A stretch of 64,000 nt of DNA from an uncultured Solirubrobacterales bacterium (GTDB taxonomy: Bacteria; Actinomycetota; Thermoleophilia; Solirubrobacterales; 70-9). The stretch covers positions 55,781 to 119,780 of the forward strand of contig CAVURI010000002.1 in NCBI GenBank assembly GCA_963743845.1. Direction: 5' to 3'. The position numbers were made by a program, and so were the translations under genes. The notes beneath the pieces are model-generated. The model worked only from the letters and a program-made list of their open reading frames with translations, was not told the DNA's origin and made no database searches. Below are positions 24,964-34,845 of the stretch, piece after piece; within the stretch, counting starts at the first letter, position 1; each line of letters starts with the position of its first letter.

Positions 24964-25847
24964 ATGGACGAGGCGATCGCCGAGCTCGCGGGCCGCCAGC
25001 GGGGCCGCATCGCTGCTCGGCAGCTCAAAGGATCTGGGCCTTAGCGAGGGTCATTCAGAATCGCGTCCGTGCTGGTCGACTGATCCGCGTCTGCCGCGGT
25101 GTCTACGCGGTCGGCCACACGCATGCCTCCCGGGAGGTGGGGTGGGTGGAGGCGCTGCTGCGGATCGGGGATGACGCCGTACTCAGCCACGCCGCGGCCG
25201 GCGCTCATCTCGGCTTCCGCCCTTCGGCCGCTGCCGTGATCGACGTCACCTGCCCGCGGCGCGTCGCGGCACCGGACGGCATCCGCCTCCACACCCACTC
25301 GCTGCCCTCCGACGAGGTGACCGACCACGAGGGAATCGCGACCACGACCGTCTCCCGCACCCTGCTCGACCTCGCGACCCGCCTCAGCCCAGCCCAGCTC
25401 GAGCACGCGGCCAACGTCGCCGACGGGCTCGGCCTCGACTCCACCCCCTCTCTGCAGGCGCTCCTCGACCGCTATCCGAGGCGGCCCGGGACGCCGCGGC
25501 TCCGCTTCGTCCTCTCGCAGCTCCAGGCAGGCCCGGTCAGGCTGCGCAGCTCGGCGGAGGTCGCGCTGCTCGACTTCGTCTACGCCTGGGACGTCCCCAA
25601 GCCGCTCTTCAACTACTCGCTGACCCTCGGCACGGAGCGCTTCGAGCTCGACGCCGCCTGGCCCGACGCCCGCCTCGCGGTCGAGATGGACACGCCGACC
25701 CACCACGAGGATTGGCGCGCGCAGGAACGCGATCGCGACCGCGATCGCACCCTGCGCGTCGCCGGCTGGACGGTGATCCGCGTCACCCCGCGAATGCTCG
25801 AACGCACCCCCGCTGCGCTCGCCGCCGACCTGAAGGCGCTCATCTAG
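24964..25847 (+). CDS. DUF559/AbiEi-like N-domain protein, two frame breaks near 25030-25050
   Basis: MDEAIAELAGRQRGRIAARQLKDLGLS, then IQNRVRAGRLIRVCRGVYAVGH...GIRLHTHSLPSDEVTDHEGIATTTVSRTLLDLA...AWPDARLAVEMDTPTHH...TLRVAGWTVIRVTPRML. The stop TAG lies 15 nt before tRNA-Thr. Confidence 0.7.
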
Positions 25848-25850
25848 ACT
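25845..25850 (+). promoter_or_regulatory. -10-like hexamer TAGACT 12 nt upstream of tRNA-Thr(CGU)
   Basis: TAnnnT hexamer read directly from the sequence. No convincing -35 element. Low confidence. Confidence 0.25.
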
Positions 25851-25862
25851 GCCGCCCCTCAC

Positions 25863-25935
25863 GCCGCCGTAGCTCAGTTGGTAGAGCACTTCACTCGTAA
25901 TGAAGGGGTCAGCGGTTCGAATCCGCTCGGCGGCT
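25863..25935 (+). tRNA. tRNA-Thr (anticodon CGU)
   Basis: Manual cloverleaf: GCCGCCG-TA-GCTC-AGTTGGTA-GAGC-A-CTTCA-CTCGTAA-TGAAG-GGGTC-AGCGG-TTCGAAT-CCGCT-CGGCGGC-T. Confidence 0.9.
25893..25929 (+). repeat. 37-bp direct repeat copy 1 (3' half of tRNA-Thr; att-like)
   Basis: ACTCGTAATGAAGGGGTCAGCGGTTCGAATCCGCTCG is identical to 29408..29444. Confidence 0.85.
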
Positions 25936-26140
25936 TTAGAACAACTACTGCTCTGCGCGAGAAGCAGGAGTTGCGCCCGCCGGCACCGAAGGCGCTTCAC
26001 ACGGTCATGCCGGTGTCAGGGCGCCGACGCTGCCTGCTCAGTGATTTCCCGCGCGCTGCGGATGGGGGACACGGTTGGCGGTTGGCGCCCGTGTACCTAG
26101 ATTCGGGGACCATGGAACTTCAGTGTTCTTCGGTTAGTTA

Positions 26141-29100
26141 GTGGCTGTGTCCGCGATTACGACGACGGCGCGCTTCCTCTTGCGAGCAGGCGGCGGGGCT
26201 GCGGGTCGCCGGTCGCGCCGGCCACGCGATTGGCGCACCCTTGTGGTCACTCTTGTGGCGGTCGGTGCTGCCATGCTGGCGACCGCAGCGCCGGCGCCGG
26301 CAGCGACTTCGTGCGTGAACACGGGCGGCAGCGCAGGCTGCTTCGCCAGCATTCAAAGCGCGATCAACGCGGCTGCGGCCGGGGACACCATCACTGTGGC
26401 CGCCGGTGCATATGGCGAGGACATCACCATCAACAAGGCGCTCACGCTGTCGGGCGCCCAGGACGGGGTCAATCCGAACAGTCCCGGAGCGCGCACCAAC
26501 CCCGCGAACGAGAGCATCATCCATTCTGCCGATCTGACGGCGGCCAACGTCACGCTCAGCGGCTTCACGGTGAACGGCCCCACCGGGCCCGGCGGCCGCA
26601 GCGTCCAGGCCAACAGCGCACACGACACGGTGACGTACAACATCGTGGATGGCTTCGAAAGCATCTTCGACCAGCGCAACGACTTCTTCACCGCCGCTCA
26701 TAACCGCATCACCACCAACTACGTCGGCATCACGGTGCATGTCGGCAACAACACCCCGGCCACGAACGTGACCGTCGACGACAACGTCATCACCCCCGGC
26801 AGCGCTCCAGTAGCGAACTCCCGGGCGATCTACATGTCGATGACGACGGATTCCAGCGTCACCAACAACGTGGGCAACGGCTTCATCGGCGCTGGCTTCG
26901 AAGGCAGCAATCACACCCGGCTCCTGGTCAGCGGCAACACGTTCAACGGCAACCGCAAGGGCATCAGCATCTTCGGGGCGTCGACCTTCATCACGGTCAC
27001 GGGCAACACGGTCAACAACAACCACTCTTCGCCGGCGGGCGCCGGCTTTGGTATCGACATCAAGGGCCAGGACCTCACCATCACCGGGAACACCATCACC
27101 GGTAACGGGAACCGCGGCATCTCCATCAGCAACAACATCGGCATCACCCAAAACGTCACCGTCACCGGGAACACCATCACCGGCAACGGTAGTCCCGGCC
27201 TTTACGTCGACCCGCTCGTCCTGGGACCGGTGGGCGCTGACCGCAACTGGTGGGGTTGCGTCGCCGGTCCCGGCCAGGCCGGCTGCGACACCGTCAGCGG
27301 TTCCGCCACCATCATCCCTTGGTACACGCAGATCAGCGGGGCCACCCTCAGCAACGAAGCCGATCTGGCCTCGCTCAGCCTGGACGAGGGTCCGATCTCG
27401 CCGGCGTTCACCCCGACCACGACCAGCTACACCGCCAGCGTGCCCGCGGGCACCACCAGCGTCACCGTGCATTCCACCGCGTCCCTAGGCGCCACCACCG
27501 TGGTCACCGGCAACAGCGGTCTGGTGCCCGGCCCGAACCTGGTCAAGCTCACGACCACGTCTGCGGACGCCACCGTTACCAACGTCACGAGTATCACCGT
27601 CACAGTCGTCCCGCTTCCCAAGGTGGAGATCGTCGATCCGCCTCCGGCTGTGAACGCGCCCGCCGGTCCGACGTCGCTGAAGTTCACGACGAGCGGCGGC
27701 GCCGCAGAGACCGTCACCTGCACCTTCGGTCATAGCCCGGCGGACGTCATCTCCACCGGCCCGTGCACCAGCCCAGCGGTCTACGACACCGCTGACGGGC
27801 AGAGCTACTACTTCAAGGTGAGGGTCTGCAACTTCAGCGGCTGCGCCGATGACACCGCCTCCTGGTCGACCGCTCCACCGCTTCCCAAGGTGGAGATCGT
27901 CGATCCGCCTCCGGCTGTGAACGCGCCCGCCGGTCCCACGTCGCTGAAGTTCACGACGAGCGGCGGCGCCGCAGAGACCGTCACCTGCACCTTCGGTCAT
28001 AGCCCGGCGGACGTCATCTCCACCGGCCCGTGCACCAGCCCAGCGGTCTACGACACCGCTGACGGGCAGAGCTGCACTACTTCAAGGTGAGGGTCTGCAA
28101 CTTCAGCGGCTGCGCCGATGACACCGCCTCCTGGTCGACCGCTCCACCGCTTCCCAAGGTGGAGATCGTCGATCCGCCTCCGGCTGTGAACGCGCCCGCC
28201 GGTCCCACGTCGCTGAAGTTCACGACGAGCGGCGGCGCCGCAGAGACCGTCACCTGCACCTTCGGTCATAGCCCGGCGGACGTCATCTCCACCGGCCCGT
28301 GCACCAGCCCAGCGGTCTACGACACCGCTGACGGGCAGAGCTACTACTTCAAGGTGAGGGTCTGCAACGTCAGCGGCTGCACAGACACGAGTGCCTCCTG
28401 GTCGACCGCTCCACCCGCCTGCGAGCAACCGGTCTTGCTCAGCGCCGACCCGACCGTTGTCATTGCGGGCGACAGCATTGACGTCGGCGTGAAGGCCTTC
28501 CTGCCCGGGGCGGGCGTGTACCTCGGTTCCGTGGTCCTCCCCATCCAGGCACAGTCCTTGGACAGCCGCGGCGACGGCACCGTGACCGTCAGCGTTCCCG
28601 CGAGCGCCACCAGCGGCGACCTCGTGCTGCGATGCAACTCCTTCACCTCAGCCAAGCACATCCCGATCCGGGTCGACGCGAGCCGGATGAAGCCGGTTGC
28701 CCAAGCGGTTGTGACCCACCTGCGGCATAACCGCTGGCGCTTGGACGGCAGTGTCAGCTACGACCCCAACCCGAACGGACACGTTGTCGCGTACCGCTGG
28801 ACGGAGCACGGCAGGGCGCTCTCACGCCACGCCTCCTTCGCCCGCACTTTCTCGCCCGGCCGCCATCGGTTGCAGCTGCGCGTCACCGACAACTACGGCC
28901 TGACCGACACCAAGACGGTGTATGTCACCGTCCGGGTCGTGCGCCTCAGCATCCCCAGCATCCGCTTCTGCTTCGACTGCGCTTCCCTGTCCAGCCAGGC
29001 ACGCCACGTCATCCGCCATGCCCGGCCCTACGCACGCGGCGCCCAGAAGGTCGTCATGGCCGGAAACACCGACTCGATCGGTACCCGGCGCTACAACTAC

Positions 29101-29281
29101 CGTCTCGGCCTGGCCCGGGCTTGGAACGTCCACCACGCCCTCCTGCACGGACTGCACCCCAAGCCGCGCGCGACGCGAACACTCAGCTACGGGGAAACGC
29201 ATCCGGTCGCCACCAACCGCACCCCAACCGGGCGCGCACGCAACCGCCGGGCTAAACGTCACCATCTACCGACTCCCCTGA
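26141..29281 (+). pseudogene. giant secreted surface protein: RR-signal, right-handed beta-helix (PbH1) repeats, cadherin-like beta sandwich, 3 x 89-aa repeats, PKD, OmpA-C-like; broken by a 2-nt insertion and one more shift
   Basis: GTG 26141 opens RRSRRPRDWRTLVVTLVAVGAAMLATAAPAPAA. Beta-helix repeats read ITVTGNTVNNN, LTITGNTITGNGNRGISISNN and VTVTGNTITGNG. The cadherin-like segment is ADLASLSLDEGPISPAFTPTTTSYTASV. PKD: VSYDPNPNGHVVAYRW..LRVTDNYGLTD. OmpA-like: GNTDSIGTRRYNYRLGLARAWNV..GRARNRR. The rebuilt end is VNVTIYRLP*, with the stop at 29279-29281. A premature TGA sits at 28088-28090. Confidence 0.7.
27611..28413 (+). repeat. three tandem ~267-bp coding repeats (89 aa each), copies 1 and 2 nearly identical
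   Basis: Units begin at 27611, 27878 and 28147 (CCGCTTCCCAAGGTGGAGATC...). Unit 2 is 269 bp because of an extra GC at 28074-28075. Unit 3 diverges at its 3' end. Confidence 0.9.
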
Positions 29282-29407
29282 CATCCGACGACCACTCGAG
29301 ACGCGAACTCCACGTGGGCGGGAACTCGACAAGGTCAAGCCGGGATCCGACGTCGAGCTTTGCGCGGTCGATCCGGGATCCGGTTATCGCCGGCCGGGCG
29401 CCACCAG

Positions 29408-29444
29408 ACTCGTAATGAAGGGGTCAGCGGTTCGAATCCGCTCG
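29408..29444 (+). repeat. 37-bp direct repeat copy 2 (orphan tRNA-Thr 3' half; att-like)
   Basis: Identical to 25893..25929. The upstream sequence CCAGA cannot pair as an anticodon stem, so this is not a functional tRNA. Confidence 0.85.
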
Positions 29445-29719
29445 ACGCCCTCTCGGCGTGTCCCTCGTTCTCTTCCAAGAACTCGACCGAGTCTTGGTCG
29501 AGGGCCCCAGCGAATGCGCAATCCCCTCCGCAGCGGTCTCCTCGGGCCTCGAGGAAGGCGGAGCCGGGGGCTCGAAGCGCGGGATCGACGCCAACCGCGG
29601 AACTGCGACGGGTTAGGGTCCAGCGGTGCCGATCTCCTCGAAGCCGTCTGCACCTGACACGAGTAGCCCCGCCCGCAGGCATCCCCGCCGCCCTCTCTTG
29701 CCCGCGGTTGGAGGCGCTG

Positions 29720-30855
29720 ATGTTCCTTGCGCTGCGTGAAATGCGCCGGGCCAAGGTCCGGTTCGGGCTGCTGATCTCGGCGATCGGGCTGCTGGTCCTG
29801 CTGATCCTCGCCCAGCAGGCGATCCAGAACGGGCTGATCACCTCGTTCATCGGCGCGATCGAGCGCCAGTCCGCGCCGGTGCTCGTCTACAGCGTCGACG
29901 GCCAGCGCACCCTCCAGGGCAGCATCATCACGCCGCCGCTCGAGCAGAAGATCCGCTCGACCGAGGGCATCGCGAAATCGGGCCGGATCGGGCAGGGCAC
30001 GTTCACGGTCAAGGTCAACGACGCGACCGAGGACTCCGACGCCGCGATCATCGGCTACACCGACCCGGCCGTCGGCGCTCCCGATCAGCTGACGACCGGC
30101 CGATTGCCGAACGGCCCTGGAGAGGCGGTCGGCAGTCGACAGCGACTTCGAGCTCGGGGACCGGGTGAAGGTGCTCGGGCCCCGGTGGCCAGACCGAAGG
30201 CACCGAGACGATCGAGGTCGTCGGCCTCGCCGACGACGCCCAGCTCCAGGTGACCCCGACCCTGTTCGTCGAGTGGCCCGACTACGTGGCCTCGGTCAAG
30301 TCGGCCAACCCCGACGCCGGCGGCGTTCTGCCGAGCGCGATCGGCGCCGCGCCGGTCGCCGGGCCTGGACCCGGCGACCCTGGCCGAGCGGATCAACGAC
30401 TCCAGCCCCGAGGCCGACGCGCTGACCAGGCAGGCGGCCGCCGACGAGACACCCGGAGTCGCCGAGGTCCGGCAGTCCTTCCAGGTGATCTTCCTGCTGT
30501 TCGGACTCGTGGTGCCGCTGGTGACCGGGCTGTTCTTCCTGATCATCACCCTCCAGAAGTCGGCCTCGCTGACCCTGCTCCGGGCGATCGGGGCGCAGGT
30601 CGGGCCTGCTGGTCCGCTCGCTGATGTTCCAGGTCGTGCTGGTGATCGGCGGCGGGCTCGCGGTCGGCATCGCGCTCTACACACCGCTTTCCCAGGCCCA
30701 GCTCGGTGACATCAAGCTCAGCTTCGACGTCGCGGCGGTGCTGGTCTGGTCGGTGCTGCTGCTCGGTGCTCGGGCTGCTGAGCGCGCTGGTCGCCGCCCG
30801 GCGGGTGCTGGCGATCGACCCGATCGAAGCGACGACCGGGGAGGGTGGACGGTGA
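29720..30855 (+). CDS. FtsX-like ABC transporter permease, about 4 frame breaks
   Basis: ATG 29720 follows GGAGG. Pieces: MFLALREMRRAKVRFGLLISAIGLLVLLI, large extracytoplasmic loop pieces, the FtsX core SFQVIFLLFGLVVPLVTGLFFLIITLQKSASLTLLRAIGA, and the end ..RRVLAIDPIEATTGEGGR*. Confidence 0.65.
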
Positions 30856-31976
30856 GCCTCGCTCTCAAGGAGCTCCGCCGCCGTCCGGGACGGTTCGGCG
30901 TGGCGACGGTGATCCTCACCCTGATCGCGATCCTGCTGATGTTCCTCGGCGGGCTGCTGGACGGACTGACCGCCGGCAATACCGGAGCGATCCGGGCCCA
31001 GCAGGCCGACCTGATCGTCTACTCCGCGACCTCCCAGGACTCGCTCGCGCGAAGCCGGATCGACCCCGGGCAGCGCCGGGAGGTCGAGAGCGTGGACGGC
31101 GTCGATGCGGTCGGTGAACTCGGCAGCGTCCAGCTCGGCGGCCGGATCGAAGGTCAAGGGACCCGAGAGACCTGTACCGGTGGTGCTGTTCGGCTACGAG
31201 GCGGCATCCAGAGGGTCTGCCCGAAACCGCCGACGCAAGCCAGGTGAGGCCTGGGCCGACGACACGCTGAAGGCCGACGGCGTCGAAGCGGGTGACGTGA
31301 TCCGGGTGGGTCCCGAACGCAGCCCGGTCAGGGTGATCGGCTTCGTCGACGACACCCGTTACTCGGGCCAGAGCACTCTGTGGGCCTCGCTGGAGGACCT
31401 GGCGCAGGGTCCAGAACGAGAACCGCCCCGACGCCAGGGTCGCTCCCGGGGCCAGCCAGGCCCTGGTGGTCCAGGCGTCCGGAGTCGAACGCGGCCGATC
31501 TCGCCGCCAGCGATCGACGAGGCGACCGGCGGCAACACCTCGAGCCTGACCGAGCACGAGGCGATCGACGCCCTGCCCGGCGTCGCCGTCGCAGCAGAGC
31601 GTCTTCAACCAGATCATCGGGCTCACCGTGCTGATCGCGATCATCGTCGTGGCCCTCTTCTTCGCGCTGATCACCGTCGAGCGGATCGGCCTCTACGGCG
31701 TTCTGAAGGCGCTGGGAGCCGGGTCCGGGTCGCTGTTCGCCGGCGTGCTGGCTCAGGCGGTGATCGTCACCCTCATCGCCTGCGGGATCGGTGCGATTGC
31801 AGCCGTCGCCCTGGCCGCCGTGATCCCGGTCGGTTCGATCCCGTTCATCGCAACCGGCGGCCAGAATCGCCAGCAGCACCTTCTTCCTGCTCGTCGCGGC
31901 CGTGATCGGCTGCGCGTTCTCTCTGCGCCGGGTGCTCAAGGTCGACCCCGCCCAGGCGATCGGCGGCGGCCAGTGA
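30852..31976 (+). CDS. second FtsX-like ABC transporter permease, at least 4 frame breaks
   Basis: GTG 30852 overlaps the previous stop. Pieces: VSLALKELRRRPGRFGVATVILTLIAILLMFLGGLLDGL and VFNQIIGLTVLIAIIVVALFFALITVERIGLYGVLKALGAG. The end reads FSLRRVLKVDPAQAIGGGQ*. Confidence 0.6.
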
Positions 31977-32055
31977 AAACCCTTTTGATCGACAATCCGG
32001 AGGAACGATGACGCGAAATCCGCAGCCCGCGAAACAAAGACAATCCGGAGTCGGA

Positions 32056-32749
32056 ATGAGCGAATCGACGCAACCCCGGCCCTCGAGATGGAGGACGTGC
32101 GCAAGGTCTACGAGGTCGCCGACGAGGAGGTCGTGGCACTCGACCACGCCGATCTGACCGTCGGCTCGGACGAGATCGTCGCTCTGGTCGGGCCATCGGG
32201 CTCGGGCAAGACGACGCTCTGCTCGATTGCCGGGGGAATCCTCTCGCCGACCGAAGGCAAGGTGGTGGTCGGGGGCAGGGACATCTCCGGCTACTCGGCG
32301 AAGCGAGCTGACCGAGTTCCGTCGTGACTCGGTCGGCTTCGTATTCCAGACGGTCAACCTGATCCCGTTTCTGACCGCCCGGGAGAACCTGCTGCGTGGT
32401 GGACGAGATCGCGACCGCGCGACCGCAAGCGAGCACAAGCAGCGGGCCGATCAGCTGCTCGAGGAACTCGGGTCTCGCGGATCGGGCCGGGAACCTCCCC
32501 TCGCAGCTTTCCGGCGGCCAGAAGCAGCGGGTCGCGATCGGCCGCTCGCTGATGAACGAACCGGCGCTCGTGCTGTTCGACGAGCCGACCTCGGCCCTCG
32601 ACACCAAGCTCGGAGACCAGATGGTCGAGCTGATCCGCGAGGAGATGAAGTCCCGCGGCACGGCCGCGATCATCGTCACCCACGACGATCGCATCACCAG
32701 ATACGCCGACCGCACCGTCCACATCACCGACGGCCGGATCTCGGCCTGA
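32056..32749 (+). CDS. ABC transporter ATP-binding protein (MacB/LolD-like), 2-3 frame breaks
   Basis: Motifs: [14 protein letters not shown] (Walker A), [32 protein letters not shown] (signature), [12 protein letters not shown] (Walker B) and IVTHDDR. ATG 32056 needs one shift in a C-run. ATG 32088 is the in-frame alternative. Confidence 0.8.
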
Positions 32750-32889
32750 GGTCTAAAGGGATCAGGATGGTGAAGCCGGCTGGCGCGCCTCGGTGGTGAA
32801 CCAGGCCGGCGGCAACGGGTCCGTCACCGCCTCGGTCTGGGTCATCTGCGCGGGGCTGAGCCGGCGCACCGGATACAGACCGCAGCTGA

Positions 32890-33803
32890 TTGGATAGCCG
32901 CCTCTTGCACGTCATCGAGACGCACGAGCTGAGCAAACGCTACGGCGAGGTGCGCGCCGTGGAGCAGGTCTCCATCCAGGTCGAGGCCGGCGAGGTGTTC
33001 GGCTTCCTCGGGCCCGAACGGCGCAGGCAAGACCACGACGATGCGGATACTGCTCGATCTGCTGAGACCGACAGCGGGGAGCGCGTCCATCTTCGGTCTC
33101 GACAGCCACCGGGAGAGCCCGGCGATCAGGGCGCGCCTCGGGAATCTTCCGGGCGACTACGCCTACGACCCGCGCATGACGGGACGTGAGATCGTCGCGT
33201 TCTTCGCGCGGCTGCGGGGTCTGCGCGGGTCGGGTCGCGCCGATCGGCTGGCCGAGCGGTTCGAGGCCGACCTCGATCGCCCGCTCGGCAAGCTCTCGCG
33301 CGGCAACCGGCAGAAGATCGGGTTGATCCAGGCCACTTTCCACGAGCCTGAGCTGCTGCTCCTCGATGAGCCCACGAGCAGCCTCGATCCGCTCATGCAG
33401 GACGAGTTCCTGCGGTTCGTCGCCGAGGAGCGCGAGCGCGGCGTCACGGTCTTCATCTCCTCGCACGAGCTCGACGAGGTCGAACGCGTCCTGCGACCGT
33501 GTGGCGATCATCCGCGAAGGAGCTCTCGTCGCGGTCGAGGACGTGGCTGAGATCACCCGCCGCAGCTTCAAGCACGCGACGATCGAGTTCGCAGAGCCGG
33601 TCGAGCCGGCCGCGTTCGAGCGGATCGCCGGAGTCCAGGACGTGCGGTGCGACGGCGATCGGCAGATCTCGTTCAAGGTCGCCGGCGATCTCGACGAGGT
33701 GATCAAGACCGCCGCGCGGTACCGGCTCGCCGACATCGAGCTGACCAGCCCGACGCTCGAGGAGATCGTCCTCAGCTACTACGGCCGCGGTGAGCCGCGG
33801 TGA
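32890..33803 (+). CDS. ABC-2-type transporter ATP-binding protein, 2 frame breaks
   Basis: Motifs: FGFLGPNGAGKTTTMRIL (after a shift near 33020), LSRGNRQKIGLIQA, LLLLDEPTSSLDP and ISSHELDEVERV. A shift near 33495 is also needed. The C-terminal domain ends ..LEEIVLSYYGRGEPR*. Confidence 0.8.
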
Positions 33804-34756
33804 CTTCCCCGCCGCCGCCTCGACCGCCGTCGGCCACCTCGGCGGCCCTCGCCACGATCGGCCGCCTCCTCCGTGACCTGCGCCGCACGCCGCTGCAGTG
33901 GGGCCTGCCGCTTGGGCTGTTCTCGGCGATGATCGTCCTCGTCTGGCCTTCGGTCGAGGAATCGATGGGCGAGATGATCCAGAACTACCCCGAAGGGCTC
34001 AAGGAGGCGTTCGGCTTCACCCGGCTCGACACGGTCGAGCGCTATTTCGACGTCGAGATGCTGAGCCTGATCATTCCGCTGGCAGTCGCCTTCCTTGCGG
34101 TGCGGATCGTGGCACGAAGCATCTCCGGAGCCGAGGAGCAGCGCTGGCTCGACACATTGCTGGCGACGCCGCTGACCCGGGAGGGCCTGGTCGCAAGCGT
34201 CTTCGTCGTCACGGCCATCGTCCTCGCAGGCGTTCTCTTCGTCACGTTCCTTCTGACGATGCTCGCCGGAGTCGTCTCCGGCACCGATCCCTCCGCGGCG
34301 ACGATCGGCCGCGGCCTCGCCAATGTCTGGCCGCTGTCGATGTTCTTCGCCGGTGTCGCGACGCTTCTCGCCGGCCGGATCCGCGGCGCCGGGGTCGTGA
34401 CGGCCACCTCCGGGGGGATCCTCGTCGGCATGTATCTGCTCGAGGTCGTCGGGCGCGTTGCCGACAGCGTCGACTCGCTGCGCTGGCTCTCGGCCTTCCG
34501 CCACTACGGCTCCGCCGTCAACGACGGCATCGACCCGGTCGCGTTCGCCGGCCTGGTCCTGGCCGGCGCCGTCCTCGCCGCGATCGGCGCGCTGCTCTTC
34601 CGCACCCGCGACACTCGGCGGGCGTTCTACTGGAACTTGATCCAGCTGCCGTCCGGGTTCTCGAACCGGCCGGTCGCCGGCGCAGCGCGAACTCGCGGAC
34701 GGCGCCGTTCTCGTCACGGACCTCGAAGCGCTTGCGGTCGTCCTCGACGCGGGTGA
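33800..34756 (+). CDS. ABC-2 family permease; 3' end uncertain
   Basis: ORF 33800..34756 overlaps the ATPase stop with a GTGA overlap (GTG start 33800, TGA stop 33801-33803). It is a multi-TM protein (..LGLFSAMIVLVWPS.., ..LSLIIPLAVAFLAV.., ..VFVVTAIVLAGVLFVTFLL..). The tail after ..LLFRTRDTRR looks like read-through into the convergent gene. Confidence 0.65.
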   Translation: MTSPPPPRPPSATSAALATIGRLLRDLRRTPLQWGLPLGLFSAMIVLVWPSVEESMGEMIQNYPEGLKEAFGFTRLDTVERYFDVEMLSLIIPLAVAFLAVRIVARSISGAEEQRWLDTLLATPLTREGLVASVFVVTAIVLAGVLFVTFLLTMLAGVVSGTDPSAATIGRGLANVWPLSMFFAGVATLLAGRIRGAGVVTATSGGILVGMYLLEVVGRVADSVDSLRWLSAFRHYGSAVNDGIDPVAFAGLVLAGAVLAAIGALLFRTRDTRRAFYWNLIQLPSGFSNRPVAGAARTRGRRRSRHGPRSACGRPRRG

Positions 34757-34835
34757 TCACGCCCTCGACCGGCGGGCGGGTGGCCACGAACACGCTGACC
34801 CTGCCGCCTTCGACCGGGACGGCTCGCAGCCGCAT
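34627..34835 (-). CDS. small hypothetical protein (~68 aa), one frame break
   Basis: MRLRAVPVEGGRVSVFVATRPPVEGVITRVEDDRKRFEVRDENGAVREFALR, then after a shift TGRFENPDGSWIKFQ*. No family recognised. Confidence 0.3.
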
Positions 34836-34845
34836 GCGTCGCGGC

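Larger units (their letters stand above)
25936..29444 (+). mobile_element. putative tRNA-Thr-integrated islet or island remnant (no integrase)
   Basis: Bounded by the intact tRNA and a 37-bp copy of its 3' half. Hand G+C counts of 60-nt lines inside are 34, 37 and 40 (lines 26641, 27001, 28681). Outside they are 47 and 49 (lines 22201, 30301). Codon choice also shifts inside, with more CAT/ATT/AAA-type codons. Confidence 0.4.

Noticed and set aside
27611-28413. Tandem repeats as a possible CRISPR or satellite array (also 12913-13077)
   Set aside because: The units are contiguous with no spacers. They are in frame and encode protein modules (89-aa and 11-aa units). No cas genes are present.
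25936-29444. Search for integrase, transposase, excisionase, toxin-antitoxin or known defence genes in and around the islet
   Set aside because: None were found in any frame. The only cargo is the surface-protein gene, so the region is reported only as an att-flanked remnant and not as an active mobile element.
29350-29449. Possible second tRNA gene at the right islet border
   Set aside because: Only the 3' 37 nt match tRNA-Thr. The 5' side cannot form an anticodon or D arm, and the best acceptor pairing would need a ~100-nt molecule. It is interpreted as an att scar.
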